Assembly: GCA_965214095.1 (NCBI GenBank)
Contig: OZ243938.1
Location: 1,472,001 to 1,536,000, forward strand
Origin: Candidatus Poribacteria bacterium
GTDB lineage: Bacteria; Poribacteria; WGA-4E; WGA-3G
Reading direction: 5' to 3'
DNA length: 64,000 bases
The position numbers and the translations under genes are program-made. A model generated the notes under the pieces. The model did not search any database, had not been told where the DNA came from, and saw nothing but the letters and a program-made list of their open reading frames with translations. How positions within the stretch are numbered: position 1 is the stretch's first letter; every line of letters starts with the position of its first letter. Shown one piece after another: positions 1 through 9,444 of the stretch.

Positions 1-375
1 ATACAAGTTGAAGTGCCTGCAGTGAAATATGCCGAACTTTCCGCAGATGTGACAGGTGAACAGTCAGATGTGGTGCGTGAACGGGTTGAAGCAGCGCGCC
101 GCGTTCAACATCAACGTTTTGACGGCACTACGATACACGCAAACGCAAATATGGAATCTAAACAGATACGAGAATATTGCAAAATAGAAACGCAAGCACA
201 AGACCTGCTTCGTGTTGCCATCAATCAGTTAGGATTGAGTGCCCGAGCTTACGACCGTATTTTGAAGGTTTCCCGCACCATCGCCGATCTTGATGATAAC
301 CCGAGTATTGAAGCAGTTCACGTTTCTGAAGCAATACAATATCGGAGTTTAGATAGAAGTTTCTGGAAAAAATAA
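1..375 (+). CDS. comM: YifB/ComM-family Mg-chelatase-like AAA+ ATPase, C-terminal part (5' truncated by window)
   Basis: C-terminal signature 'VRERVEAARRVQ..LGLSARAYDRILKVSRTIADL..HVSEAIQYR'; ORF is open to the window edge. Confidence 0.85.
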   Translation: MQVEVPAVKYAELSADVTGEQSDVVRERVEAARRVQHQRFDGTTIHANANMESKQIREYCKIETQAQDLLRVAINQLGLSARAYDRILKVSRTIADLDDNPSIEAVHVSEAIQYRSLDRSFWKK

Positions 376-459
376 TAAAATTCAGATATGATAGCATGCA
401 CGCTTCTCTGTGTCGTAATCAATTTGAAAGTGTCGATAATCCAAGAATGAGGAGGACAA

Positions 460-1815
460 ATGCAACCCAATTTTATCATTTTCCTAACCGACGACCAAGG
501 TTACGGTGACCTTTCCTGTATGGGTGCCACAGATTTCAAAACGCCACATCTGGATAGAATGGCAGCTGAAGGCATCCAATTCTCAGATTGGTACTCCAAC
601 TCACCGGTATGCTCACCTTCACGGGCTGCGTTATTAACTGGACGGTATCCGTGCCATGCGGGTGTGCGATCAATTTTAGCCGGACATCGCACCGCTACAG
701 GATTGCCACCTTCCGTGCCAACGATTGCAACCGCACTGAAAGAACTCGGTTATTACTCCGCAATGTCAGGGAAATGGCATCTTGGACTCGCAGAGGGGTC
801 ACGACCTGAAGATCACGGATTTGACGATTGGTTCGGTTTTATGGCCGGATGCATTGACTTCTATTCTCATATCTTTTATTGGGCATTAGGACGACCCGAC
901 TTTGACCAAACACATGACCTGTGGGAAAACGGTGAAGAAATATACCGAAACGGTGAATACTTCACGGAGTTGATAACGGAATACGCGATAAAATATATAC
1001 GAAAATCCCTTGACCTCGGTAAACCATTTTTCCTATATGTGCCATACAATGCACCCCACTATCCGATGCATGCACCGCAGGAATATGTCGATAGGTTCCC
1101 AGATCTTCCGTGGGATAGACAGATTATGGCTGCAATGTTAAGTGCCGTTGATGACAGTGTCGGTGCAATTTTTGCTGAATTGGAACGGCAAGGAATCGCT
1201 GAAAATACCTTCTCTTACTTTCAAAGTGACAACGGTCCTTCGCGTGAAACACGAAATTGGTTAGATGGAACGCAAGACCCGTATTACGGCGGCAGTGCAG
1301 GTAAACTCAAAGGACATAAATTCAGTTTATATGAAGGAGGTATCCGTTCACCCGGGATTATGAAATGGCCTAAAGAAATTCCACCTGGAAACGTACTAAG
1401 TCACCCAAATCTATATGGTGCAGCAATGGATGTTTTTCCGACTTTTCTATCGGCAGCTGATGGAGATCTAACCAAATATGAACTGGATGGACTCAATCAA
1501 TTACCAGTGGTATGTGACGGTGGGTTTACACCGCATACTGATATTTTCTGGGAAATGGGGAAACAGACTGCTATGCGTCGGGATAAGTGGAAATTAGTGC
1601 TCAATGGTCAATTGGTGGAAGGTGCACCTCCCGAAGATGATGTACACCTCGCAAACCTTGAGACAGACATGGGAGAAACGACTAATTTGAAAGACGAATA
1701 TCCTGAAATCACTGCTGAGTTAACAGAAGCGGCGCAAACATGGCGACAAGATATTGAAGATTATTGGGAAACACATAAGGAAGAACGGAACGGGACAACT
1801 GGATATGTTAAATAA
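460..1815 (+). CDS. Arylsulfatase A-like sulfatase
   Basis: PNFIIFLTDDQGYGD; formylglycine motif CSPSRAALLTGR; GKWHLG; SDNG; RBS GAGGAGG upstream. Confidence 0.92.
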   Translation: MQPNFIIFLTDDQGYGDLSCMGATDFKTPHLDRMAAEGIQFSDWYSNSPVCSPSRAALLTGRYPCHAGVRSILAGHRTATGLPPSVPTIATALKELGYYSAMSGKWHLGLAEGSRPEDHGFDDWFGFMAGCIDFYSHIFYWALGRPDFDQTHDLWENGEEIYRNGEYFTELITEYAIKYIRKSLDLGKPFFLYVPYNAPHYPMHAPQEYVDRFPDLPWDRQIMAAMLSAVDDSVGAIFAELERQGIAENTFSYFQSDNGPSRETRNWLDGTQDPYYGGSAGKLKGHKFSLYEGGIRSPGIMKWPKEIPPGNVLSHPNLYGAAMDVFPTFLSAADGDLTKYELDGLNQLPVVCDGGFTPHTDIFWEMGKQTAMRRDKWKLVLNGQLVEGAPPEDDVHLANLETDMGETTNLKDEYPEITAELTEAAQTWRQDIEDYWETHKEERNGTTGYVK

Positions 1816-1966
1816 CCTAAGTTGCTACCTACAAGATTTTAGACCTACGGATACCGTATTATTAATAATAGGGCATTATTCTCCAAATTTTGTAGCGTAA
1901 ACTGCCAGTTTGCGCATTCATAGGCACAATCTAACAGATTGTACTACAAGGTGGCAACTTGGGTTA
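1813..1966. repeat. MITE-like element with terminal inverted repeats enclosing two inverted GTAG hairpins
   Basis: TAACCTAAGTTGCTACCT (1813-1830) vs AGGTGGCAACTTGGGTTA (1949-1966); internal GTAGCGTAAACTGCCAGTTTGCGC and, on the minus strand, GTAGTACAATCTGTTAGATTGTGC; TAAATA on both sides (1809-1814, 1965-1970); related left end at ~45739. Confidence 0.7.
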
Positions 1967-2021
1967 AATAGTATTACCGTGAGAGATTTTGATTTCAAAT
2001 TCTGTAACAATGAGATAATTT

Positions 2022-2915
2022 ATGACACCCTTTAAGTTCGCTTTTATCACAGACACACATCTTTATCCAGATGCACCACAAAATTTTGCTGGTGGATTGC
2101 AACAGCAAGAAAAAAGTTACGCATTATACGAAAAATTGATTGAACAACTCAATGCTTTTGATCCCGCATTTGTAGTGCATGGCGGAGATATTGTTTGCGG
2201 AGGACAAAGTTTTGATATGTCGGCAGAGGAATATGTTGTAGCCTTAAATATAGCGCAATCGCTTGGTGAAAAACTAAATATGCCGTGTTATTATATCCCA
2301 GGGAACCATGATCTAAATCCTGAAACCGGCACCAAGGACATGTATATAGAACGATTCGGCATTAACGGCATGGGATCCGTGAGTTTCGTCAAGGAAAATA
2401 TACGATTTATTTTGATGGATGCACAAGAAGTGCATGAAGATATGACCCACGGATATGTCAGTACGAATCAACTTGCATGGGTGGAACGTGAGATGAAAAA
2501 AGCTGCGGATTACGAAGAGGATATAATCTTTTTTACGCACCAGCTGCCTTTTCCAAATGTGGAATTTCAAGGACTTGGTTCAAGAATAGCAAATTCCGCA
2601 GAGATACTTGAAATCGTTGCACCATTTGAAAAACAGATTATAGGTTTCTTTTGTGGACATCTACACCTTAACCGTGTCTTTAGAGAACAAGGCTTATTGT
2701 GCATCGTCTCATCGGGAATTATATGCTATCCAATGATGTGGCGGCAAGTTCATGTTTATCCTGACAGAATCGAGGTAAAGTCCGTTCCTGTTGACCTACC
2801 AGAAGTCCTTGCCGAATCTGAAGCTGTTAATCCAGACAATAATCCGTATCTGTCTGGCCGTCCAAGAGATCAAGAATTTACTATCCAACGGCATACTGAA
2901 GGAGTCAATAGTTAA
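2022..2915 (+). CDS. Calcineurin-like metallophosphoesterase (Icc/CpdA-like)
   Basis: Motifs DTH, GD, PGNHD, THQ, GHLH. Confidence 0.85.
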   Translation: MTPFKFAFITDTHLYPDAPQNFAGGLQQQEKSYALYEKLIEQLNAFDPAFVVHGGDIVCGGQSFDMSAEEYVVALNIAQSLGEKLNMPCYYIPGNHDLNPETGTKDMYIERFGINGMGSVSFVKENIRFILMDAQEVHEDMTHGYVSTNQLAWVEREMKKAADYEEDIIFFTHQLPFPNVEFQGLGSRIANSAEILEIVAPFEKQIIGFFCGHLHLNRVFREQGLLCIVSSGIICYPMMWRQVHVYPDRIEVKSVPVDLPEVLAESEAVNPDNNPYLSGRPRDQEFTIQRHTEGVNS

Positions 2916-2977
2916 TGGGTATACGAGCAAATCTATAGTCGGTTCTTACATTTTGGAAATGAAAGGATCTTAAGATA

Positions 2978-3487
2978 ATGTCGAAAATCGCACAAATTCT
3001 CCTTGGTGGTATTGCTAATAAACTCGTAGGAAAACTTACGGATCAACTTTTAGATCCTCCCATCAAAAGTCGGACACCACGAAAGAAATCAAGCAAAACA
3101 CCGCGTTCCAAGAAGTCTTCACATTTAGACAAACAACTTGACGAATTAGCAAAAGCTTTTATCACAGATAAAACTACAAAAAAGAAAGTAATTCGTAAAG
3201 TTGATCCACCTACCTTACCGCAGAATAACGAATATTGGGCAGAACTCTCAAACTGGTATCGTAAGCAACGTGGTTGGACATGTGAGACGTGTAATCTCAA
3301 TCTGAAAAAGGATAAGAGATTCCTTGATACACACCACATATTAGGCAGAGGCTATAACAGTCCAGAACATTTGAAAGCACTTTGTGTTGGCTGTCATGCC
3401 GAACAAAAAACACCGAGTGACCACAGCTTCATGAAAAATGATGAAAGATATAGGAAATTTGTGAGAGCATATAGAAAAAGGAGATAA
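2978..3487 (+). CDS. HNH-endonuclease-domain protein
   Basis: CETC..LDTHH..N..LKALCVGCH zinc/HNH motif after a basic low-complexity N-terminus. Confidence 0.75.
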   Translation: MSKIAQILLGGIANKLVGKLTDQLLDPPIKSRTPRKKSSKTPRSKKSSHLDKQLDELAKAFITDKTTKKKVIRKVDPPTLPQNNEYWAELSNWYRKQRGWTCETCNLNLKKDKRFLDTHHILGRGYNSPEHLKALCVGCHAEQKTPSDHSFMKNDERYRKFVRAYRKRR

Positions 3488-3523
3488 TGTGAAAAAACTC
3501 TGGATTCCTCAAGTAATTTTATA

Positions 3524-3568
3524 ACTGACTACTGATTACTGACTACTGACTACTGACAACCGACAACT
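3524..3568 (+). repeat. Heptamer tandem repeat (ACTGACT)n, about 6 imperfect units
   Basis: actgact actgatt actgact actgact actgaca accgaca act, immediately upstream of the ABC ATPase gene. Confidence 0.85.
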
Positions 3569-3579
3569 AAAAACCAAAG

Positions 3580-4554
3580 ATGATTGAAGTACAAGATCTC
3601 TCAAAAAACTACGGACCTTTTCAAGCACTAACGGATATATCATTCAGTGTTGACAAAGGACAAATTGTAGGATTTCTTGGTCCCAACGGTGCTGGAAAAA
3701 CCACTACAATGCGGATCCTAACCTGCTTTATGCCAGCAAGTCGCGGAAAGGTAACCGTGGCAGGATTTGATGTATTCAAAGAATCGCGCGAGGTGCGAAA
3801 ACGTATTGGATACCTACCCGAAAATATACCGCTTTATACAGAGATGACCGTCACCAAGTATCTCACCTATATGGGAAAAATCCGAAACGTTCCGCGCAAA
3901 CACATGAAAGAACGGTTGGACATTGTGATTGAATCCTGCGGTCTAAGCGAAAGACGTAATCAGATTATTGGACAACTCTCACGCGGTTTCCGGCAACGCG
4001 TCGGATTAGCACAAGCACTCGTTCACGACCCCGAAGTGCTTATACTTGACGAACCCACATCCGGTCTAGACCCACGCCAAATCGTAGAAATACGAGATTT
4101 GATCAAAGAACTGGGGAAAGAACGTACTATTCTTTTCAGCACACACATCCTCCCTGAAGCAAGAATGACCTGTGAACGGCTATTGATTATTAGTAAAGGT
4201 AAAATCACTGGTGACCTTAAAATATCCAATGGAAGTGCTGTTTCAAACCTTACTTCGAATACAGATGAAAGCGAGACACCTCAACAGATGCTCACACTCG
4301 TTGTGTCCGGTGGACAACCTGATATAATAAAGGAAACGCTTGAACGTATTCCAGATATTATTGCCGTAGAACAGACACCGACAAATGTTGAAGAAACACT
4401 GTCCTTCCATATCCAATACACTTACACAAATGATATACGATCAAAAGTCGCGAAAACAATCGTTGATCAGGGATGGAACTTGCTTGAAATGCGTTCTGAT
4501 GAGATGAGTTTAGAGGAATTATTCCTATCCTTAACTGCGGAAATTGTTGAGTAG
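3580..4554 (+). CDS. ABC-2 type transporter ATP-binding protein (GldA-like)
   Basis: Walker A GPNGAGKTT, signature LSRGFRQRV, Walker B LILDEPTSGLDP, H-loop STH. Confidence 0.92.
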   Translation: MIEVQDLSKNYGPFQALTDISFSVDKGQIVGFLGPNGAGKTTTMRILTCFMPASRGKVTVAGFDVFKESREVRKRIGYLPENIPLYTEMTVTKYLTYMGKIRNVPRKHMKERLDIVIESCGLSERRNQIIGQLSRGFRQRVGLAQALVHDPEVLILDEPTSGLDPRQIVEIRDLIKELGKERTILFSTHILPEARMTCERLLIISKGKITGDLKISNGSAVSNLTSNTDESETPQQMLTLVVSGGQPDIIKETLERIPDIIAVEQTPTNVEETLSFHIQYTYTNDIRSKVAKTIVDQGWNLLEMRSDEMSLEELFLSLTAEIVE

Positions 4555-4599
4555 AGAACGCATTCATCTACATACGAACATTACGCTAATTTAGGCAAT

Positions 4600-4702
4600 T
4601 ATAGTGAATTATAAATATAAGTTGACACTTTCGTCCCACGGTAGGCGAGGTTTCCTAACCTCGCCGATGCAGAGTATTCAAGTAATTTCAAAATCTACTA
4701 TA
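4600..4702. repeat. 103-bp MITE-like element, type M1 (copy 1 of 3)
   Basis: TATAGT...ACTATA ends; central GTAGGCGAGGTT-TCCT-AACCTCGCC hairpin; near-identical to 9317-9419 and 29788-29890. Confidence 0.9.
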
Positions 4703-4781
4703 CCAAAACAATGATGTGTGAAGATTTTGTACAAATACATTAGCATCAATTTAAGGAGAATTACGCGTTATTCCCGTGACG

Positions 4782-4806
4782 GTAGGTTCGGTTTCCTAAC
4801 CGAACC
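4782..4806 (+). repeat. GTAG-type REP-like hairpin
   Basis: GTAGGTTCGGTT-TCCT-AACCGAACC. Confidence 0.85.
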
Positions 4807-4879
4807 AGATCTTCCGCTGCCTCTTATCGTAGTGAGATGTAAGTGCAAAAAACTTGACACAACCCTAAATAATATCAAC

Positions 4880-4908
4880 TTGACATTGGGCAAAATGCAT
4901 GTTAAAAT
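4880..4908 (+). promoter_or_regulatory. Putative sigma70 promoter for 5034-5795
   Basis: TTGACA-17 bp-TAAAAT with an extended TG. Confidence 0.6.
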
Positions 4909-5033
4909 TACATCAATAGACTACACAAATAAAAATATTGAACCTTTTTTGATTAAATCAGTCAAACATATTAAATAGCATAGTCTGAATGTAAAATAAT
5001 GCGTCTCTTGCACGATGGAATAAGGAGAAGAAT

Positions 5034-5795
5034 GTGAAGTTATCGAAAATCCTGATTATTTTAGGGATAGGGTGTGTCGCTGGTTTACTACTTGTATATG
5101 GGGTGAAGCTGCAAGCACAAAATCGTCCTGATCGAGATGCTCTCATAGCGAAAATGGGTGAGATGAACCCAGACATGACATCTCGGATGGCACAATTCCG
5201 TAACCGGCAACAAGGTTCTAATAGAGGATCTCAAAACCCTTCAAATAAGGAAGAATCTAAAGAGAACACAGATTATTATCGGACAATCGTTGACAATAAT
5301 ATCTTCCGACCGCTGGGTTGGAGACCACCTAACAAAGAACCCGAATATACGTTCGTTGGAACCTCTGTTAATGAAAATGGTGCAAAGTTAGATGCTTACG
5401 TGAATGAACGACGTTCAGGTAAATTTTATATGGTTACTATCGGGGATAAAGTCGGTGATGCAGTCGTAAAGGAAATCAGTGAGAAAGAGATTATCTTGGA
5501 TAAAAATGGTGAATCCATTAAACTCCGAGGTGGAAACATGTCGTTCCTCAAAGCAAGCGGTTCAAATCGGAGTTCCTCAAGATCTGATGACCGTGACGAG
5601 AATAACAATAATGACTCTTCCAAATCTCGTGATAGAGAAGCTGAAGCGAAAGCAAAGGCTGAAGCGAGAATGAAAGCTGAGATGGAGAAAAGGCAACAAG
5701 AAATGCGTAGGAGATTTGAAAGTGTATCACGCGAACAAAGAGACCGTATGATACGGGCGTTCCGTGAACGCGGTGGTTCCAGAAGAGGACGTTAA
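5034..5795 (+). CDS. Membrane-anchored protein with GspC/PilP-like beta domain and charged helical tail
   Basis: N-terminal TM helix; 'NNIFRP..YTFVGT..AYV..VTIGDKVGDAVVKEISEKEIILDKNG' resembles the T2SS protein C HR domain. Confidence 0.55.
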   Translation: MKLSKILIILGIGCVAGLLLVYGVKLQAQNRPDRDALIAKMGEMNPDMTSRMAQFRNRQQGSNRGSQNPSNKEESKENTDYYRTIVDNNIFRPLGWRPPNKEPEYTFVGTSVNENGAKLDAYVNERRSGKFYMVTIGDKVGDAVVKEISEKEIILDKNGESIKLRGGNMSFLKASGSNRSSSRSDDRDENNNNDSSKSRDREAEAKAKAEARMKAEMEKRQQEMRRRFESVSREQRDRMIRAFRERGGSRRGR

Positions 5796-5837
5796 GGAGA
5801 TCGTTAGTTCAAATTGATTGATCTTATTATTAGTGGA

Positions 5838-5892
5838 AAACACAACAAAACCCCTAATGACCAGAAAAGTCATTAGGGGTTTTGTTGTGTTT
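5838..5892. terminator. Long perfect hairpin, probable bidirectional terminator
   Basis: 24-bp stem AAACACAACAAAACCCCTAATGAC / GTCATTAGGGGTTTTGTTGTGTTT with a 7-nt loop, between convergent genes. Confidence 0.8.
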
Positions 5893-5907
5893 ATGAGTTT
5901 TCAAAAA

Positions 5908-6726
5908 CTACGCAACGTGCGGGACATTCTCTGGCATATTTTCAAGACGAGATAACCAATAACCCACATCGTAGGATTCATCTCCGATGAGAAAACGCCA
6001 TAACTTAATCCGATTTACAATTTCAAGTCGGACATCGTTACCATACCATCTATGGTTCCGACTAAGAATACCTCGAATTCCACCTGTATCCATGTCATCC
6101 GTGTTCCATAACTTGAGTTGGCGCACAGTCGGATTGAGACGCAACTTGAACATATAACGTGTGTCTTCAGTCAAGTTCGGTTGTGCGCAGTGCCACATTC
6201 CGTGATGCACGACGACAAGTGTGCCTGCGTTACAAACTATCGGATGTTGTCCGAGGAAGTTCTGATAACGTGCAACATCGGTTTCACAGACACGTCTGAA
6301 GTGGCTCCCAGGTAGAATCATTGTGCCACCCATTTCTCGTGGTGTATCGTGGGAGAAATAGAAAAACTGAATGTCAAAATGCATCCGTATGTCAATGATT
6401 GCATCTGCATGCCAAATTTGCCCATGTTCACTTTGTGGACGCACAATATGAACCGCATGATGGTCATACAACGGATTCTCACCAACGAGACTCTCGACAA
6501 TTCCTTGAACTTTGGGTAAACGGAAAACCTTGCCAACAGCGGACTCATCATGCCAGACATTATCTAAGACAGTGCCACCGCCACCGCGAACTGACATACC
6601 TGATGCCATCTCTTCATGAGCGGCTTTGTTTAATTCATCGGGAATAAAATCATCAAAGCGAAGGTAGCCATCGGCTACGAAACTCGCCATCTGTTCTGTG
6701 GTTAGGAGATGCTGTTTATCAACCAT
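5908..6726 (-). CDS. Phytanoyl-CoA dioxygenase (PhyH) family Fe(II)/2OG oxygenase
   Basis: 'QMASFVADGYL', WHAD (HxD), GGTMILPGSH, distal WHC, R in TRYMFK. Confidence 0.85.
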   Translation of the reverse strand: MVDKQHLLTTEQMASFVADGYLRFDDFIPDELNKAAHEEMASGMSVRGGGGTVLDNVWHDESAVGKVFRLPKVQGIVESLVGENPLYDHHAVHIVRPQSEHGQIWHADAIIDIRMHFDIQFFYFSHDTPREMGGTMILPGSHFRRVCETDVARYQNFLGQHPIVCNAGTLVVVHHGMWHCAQPNLTEDTRYMFKLRLNPTVRQLKLWNTDDMDTGGIRGILSRNHRWYGNDVRLEIVNRIKLWRFLIGDESYDVGYWLSRLENMPENVPHVA

Positions 6727-7001
6727 TAGATTTCCTCCAACTTCTCTAAGATATATTCAAATCTTAGATACGAAGTGTTATACTCCATCCCAGGATATGC
6801 AGGAAACTGTTGTGGAAACTGAATAACCCGCCAACCATCTTGCATTGCTTCAACAACTGAGTTGTAGGGAGGAGTTTCACTATCACCAGTGGTGTAGCGT
6901 TTTTGACCAGTGCCATCATACATTGCCCATGCAACGACGTGACTGTTTAGGTCTGGTGTATGTAAATGTAAAACCAGAAGCTGCTGTCTTAATTCAGCCA
7001 T
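6726..7001 (-). CDS. Small hypothetical protein translationally coupled to PhyH gene
   Basis: 91 aa; its TAA overlaps the downstream ATG (TAATG); 'AMQDGWRVIQ..FEYILEK'. Confidence 0.75.
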   Translation of the reverse strand: MAELRQQLLVLHLHTPDLNSHVVAWAMYDGTGQKRYTTGDSETPPYNSVVEAMQDGWRVIQFPQQFPAYPGMEYNTSYLRFEYILEKLEEI

Positions 7002-7103
7002 ATAAAAGGTACGCCTTCCATGTAATGTTTTCTATGTTCACATTATTCTAAATATACCAACTAAGGCAAGTTTTTAGATTTCGTAAATCTGATTATTATA
7101 TTA

Positions 7104-8396
7104 TTAGATAACCGTATCCGGTGGAATCGCTGCGTCCTTCGGTACAATTACTATTCCATCACGAATATAATAGTTATCCGAATCAAAATTGTCAAGGTTT
7201 TTTGTGTTTGCTATGACAGCATTATCACCAATTCTCGCATTTTTGTCAATAATTGCATTCTGTATTAAGCATTTTTCGCCAATACCTACATTCGGTCTGC
7301 CCGACTTTTCGTTTTCTGACTTAAGCGCATCCGACTCATAGAAATCAGCACCCATCAACACTGATTGATATACACGACTACCACTTGAGATGATACTACG
7401 TATGCCAACGATTGTTCTATCCAGTTCCGAATCATCAATGATAGAGCCTTCAGCGAGAATAGATGAGCGAATACTACTGCTGTTTACTTTTGTGCTTGGT
7501 AAATGCCTTCTGTTTGTATAGATGGGTGCTTGTTCATCGTAAAAATTAAATTCAGGAGATACATCAGTGAGCGCGATATTTGCAGAATAGAAGGAACGGA
7601 TAGTACCGATATCCTCCCAATACCCATCAAAGAAGTATGCAGACACTGTATGGGTCTCTATGCATTTCGGTATTATGTCTCTACCAAAGTCCACATTTGA
7701 ATCGTCTTGAAGCACTTCCTGAAGCACATTCCGATTAAAGATGTAAATACCCATTGAGGCGATATATTCTCTACCTTTGGGTTCAATACCACGCGAAGTA
7801 AATACATTTGGTTCTACCTTCAACTTTTGCAGTTCCTCATCGGTTTGTGGTTTTTCCACAAAATCGGTAATACATCCGCTTGCATCCGCTTGGAGAATAC
7901 CCAATCCACTTGTAACCTCTTTGTCTACAGGGATAACTGAAACTGTAATGTCCGCATCTGTTTCATTGTGAACTGCCAACATCTTCCGATAATCCATACG
8001 ATAGAGATGATCTCCTGCAAGGATCAGCACATGTTCGTCTGCAAAACGTGGGTTGAGAATGTAGGGTTGGTTATGCTTAATCGCATCCGCTGTTCCCTGA
8101 TACCATTCATCACCCTGGAGTGTTTGTTGTGCTGCCAAAATCTGTACGAACCCGCGCCGATAACTATCAAATCGATACGCCTGTGCAATGTGTCTGTTTA
8201 GAGAAACAGAGTTAAACTGTGTCAGGACATAGATACGATCCATCCCCGAATGGAGGCAGTTGCTAATCGGAATATCAACGAGTCTAAATTTTCCCGCAAT
8301 TGGGACACTCGGTTTTGCACGGTCGCGCGTCAAAGGAAAAAGTCGTGCACCGCGACCACCACCAAGTATTACAGCAATAACACTTCCATTATTCAT
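7104..8396 (-). CDS. glgC: Glucose-1-phosphate adenylyltransferase (ADP-glucose pyrophosphorylase)
   Basis: GGGRGARLFPLTRDRAKPSVP, LTQFNS, WYQGTADA, FVEKP, DFGRDIIP, YWEDIGT. Confidence 0.96.
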   Translation of the reverse strand: MNNGSVIAVILGGGRGARLFPLTRDRAKPSVPIAGKFRLVDIPISNCLHSGMDRIYVLTQFNSVSLNRHIAQAYRFDSYRRGFVQILAAQQTLQGDEWYQGTADAIKHNQPYILNPRFADEHVLILAGDHLYRMDYRKMLAVHNETDADITVSVIPVDKEVTSGLGILQADASGCITDFVEKPQTDEELQKLKVEPNVFTSRGIEPKGREYIASMGIYIFNRNVLQEVLQDDSNVDFGRDIIPKCIETHTVSAYFFDGYWEDIGTIRSFYSANIALTDVSPEFNFYDEQAPIYTNRRHLPSTKVNSSSIRSSILAEGSIIDDSELDRTIVGIRSIISSGSRVYQSVLMGADFYESDALKSENEKSGRPNVGIGEKCLIQNAIIDKNARIGDNAVIANTKNLDNFDSDNYYIRDGIVIVPKDAAIPPDTVI

Positions 8397-8414
8397 AACT
8401 TCTCCTGTGTTTTC

Positions 8415-9002
8415 TTACAAACTTCCTTTGGTAGAATGCACACCCGTGATACGATTATCCATCTGGGTTGCAATATCTAATGCTTTTGCCACTGCCTTAA
8501 AAATCGCTTCAATAATGTGGTGCTGATTTGTGCCATACGGAACATTGATGTGTAGTGTTGTCCCACTGTTGTTGACAAATCCGTGGAAGAATTCTTCCGC
8601 TAATTCTATATCAAACTCACCGATTTTGCCGAAATCAAGCGGGGTTTCATAGTGGAGATAGGGTCTTCCACAGATATCCAAATCAACTTTTGCAAGGGAT
8701 TCATACATTGGCACAGTGAAGCTGCCGAAACGCCGCATGCCGGCTTTGTCCCCTACAGCCTTTTGAATGGCTTGTCCTAAACAGATACCGACATCTTCTG
8801 TGGTATGATGTGCGTCAACGTGCAAATCACCCTTCGCTTCAATCTCCAGATCAAAGAACCCGTGTTTTGCAAAGAGTTCTAACATGTGATCTAAAAAGCC
8901 GACACTTGTGTTTATTTTAGATGTGCCAGCTCCATCAAGGTTGAGACAAAGATGGATTTGTGTTTCATTGGTTTCGCGTGTAATTTCTGCTGTTCTGTCC
9001 AT
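8415..9002 (-). CDS. hisB: Imidazoleglycerol-phosphate dehydratase
   Basis: [40 protein letters not shown]. Confidence 0.97.
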   Translation of the reverse strand: MDRTAEITRETNETQIHLCLNLDGAGTSKINTSVGFLDHMLELFAKHGFFDLEIEAKGDLHVDAHHTTEDVGICLGQAIQKAVGDKAGMRRFGSFTVPMYESLAKVDLDICGRPYLHYETPLDFGKIGEFDIELAEEFFHGFVNNSGTTLHINVPYGTNQHHIIEAIFKAVAKALDIATQMDNRITGVHSTKGSL

Positions 9003-9040
9003 TTTGTTGCATGTCTCTATTGTGTGATTGAATCAGTCTT

Positions 9041-9225
9041 ATACCATTTCTAAAAAAGAACATACCATTAAAGAAATAGATGGTTCGTAGTCGCGCAATT
9101 CATTGCGCCTCGGACATTCCAACTATGGTGAAATATGAAAATTATTATACACTTTCCTCCCACGGTAGGCGAGGTTTCCTAACCTCGCTAGTGTTGAGAG
9201 TATAAATAATTCTAAAATCTACCAT
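9041..9225. repeat. Nested repeats: ATACCATTTCTA-shell element interrupted by a TATGGT..ACCATA (M1-variant) element
   Basis: 9041 ATACCATTTCTA..GTAGTCGCGCAATTCATTGCGC, then 9124 TATGGTGAAAT..GTAGGCGAGGTTTCCTAACCTCGC..CTACCATA. Confidence 0.8.
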
Positions 9226-9316
9226 AAAATTGGAATATCATTTATATATCTGGTCTTATGTTGTGGTTACTCAATTATACGTTCAAAAGATGGCATAAGC
9301 AACGGAAAACCTTATT

Positions 9317-9419
9317 TATAGTGAATTATAAATCTAAGTTGACACTTTCGACCCACGGTAGGCGAGGTTTCCTAACCTCGCCGATGCAGAGTGCTCAAGT
9401 AATTTCAAAATCTACTATA
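9317..9419. repeat. 103-bp MITE-like element M1 (copy 2)
   Basis: Near-identical to 4600-4702. Confidence 0.9.
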
Positions 9420-9444
9420 ACACAGTATTGACAACATCTTCCTG

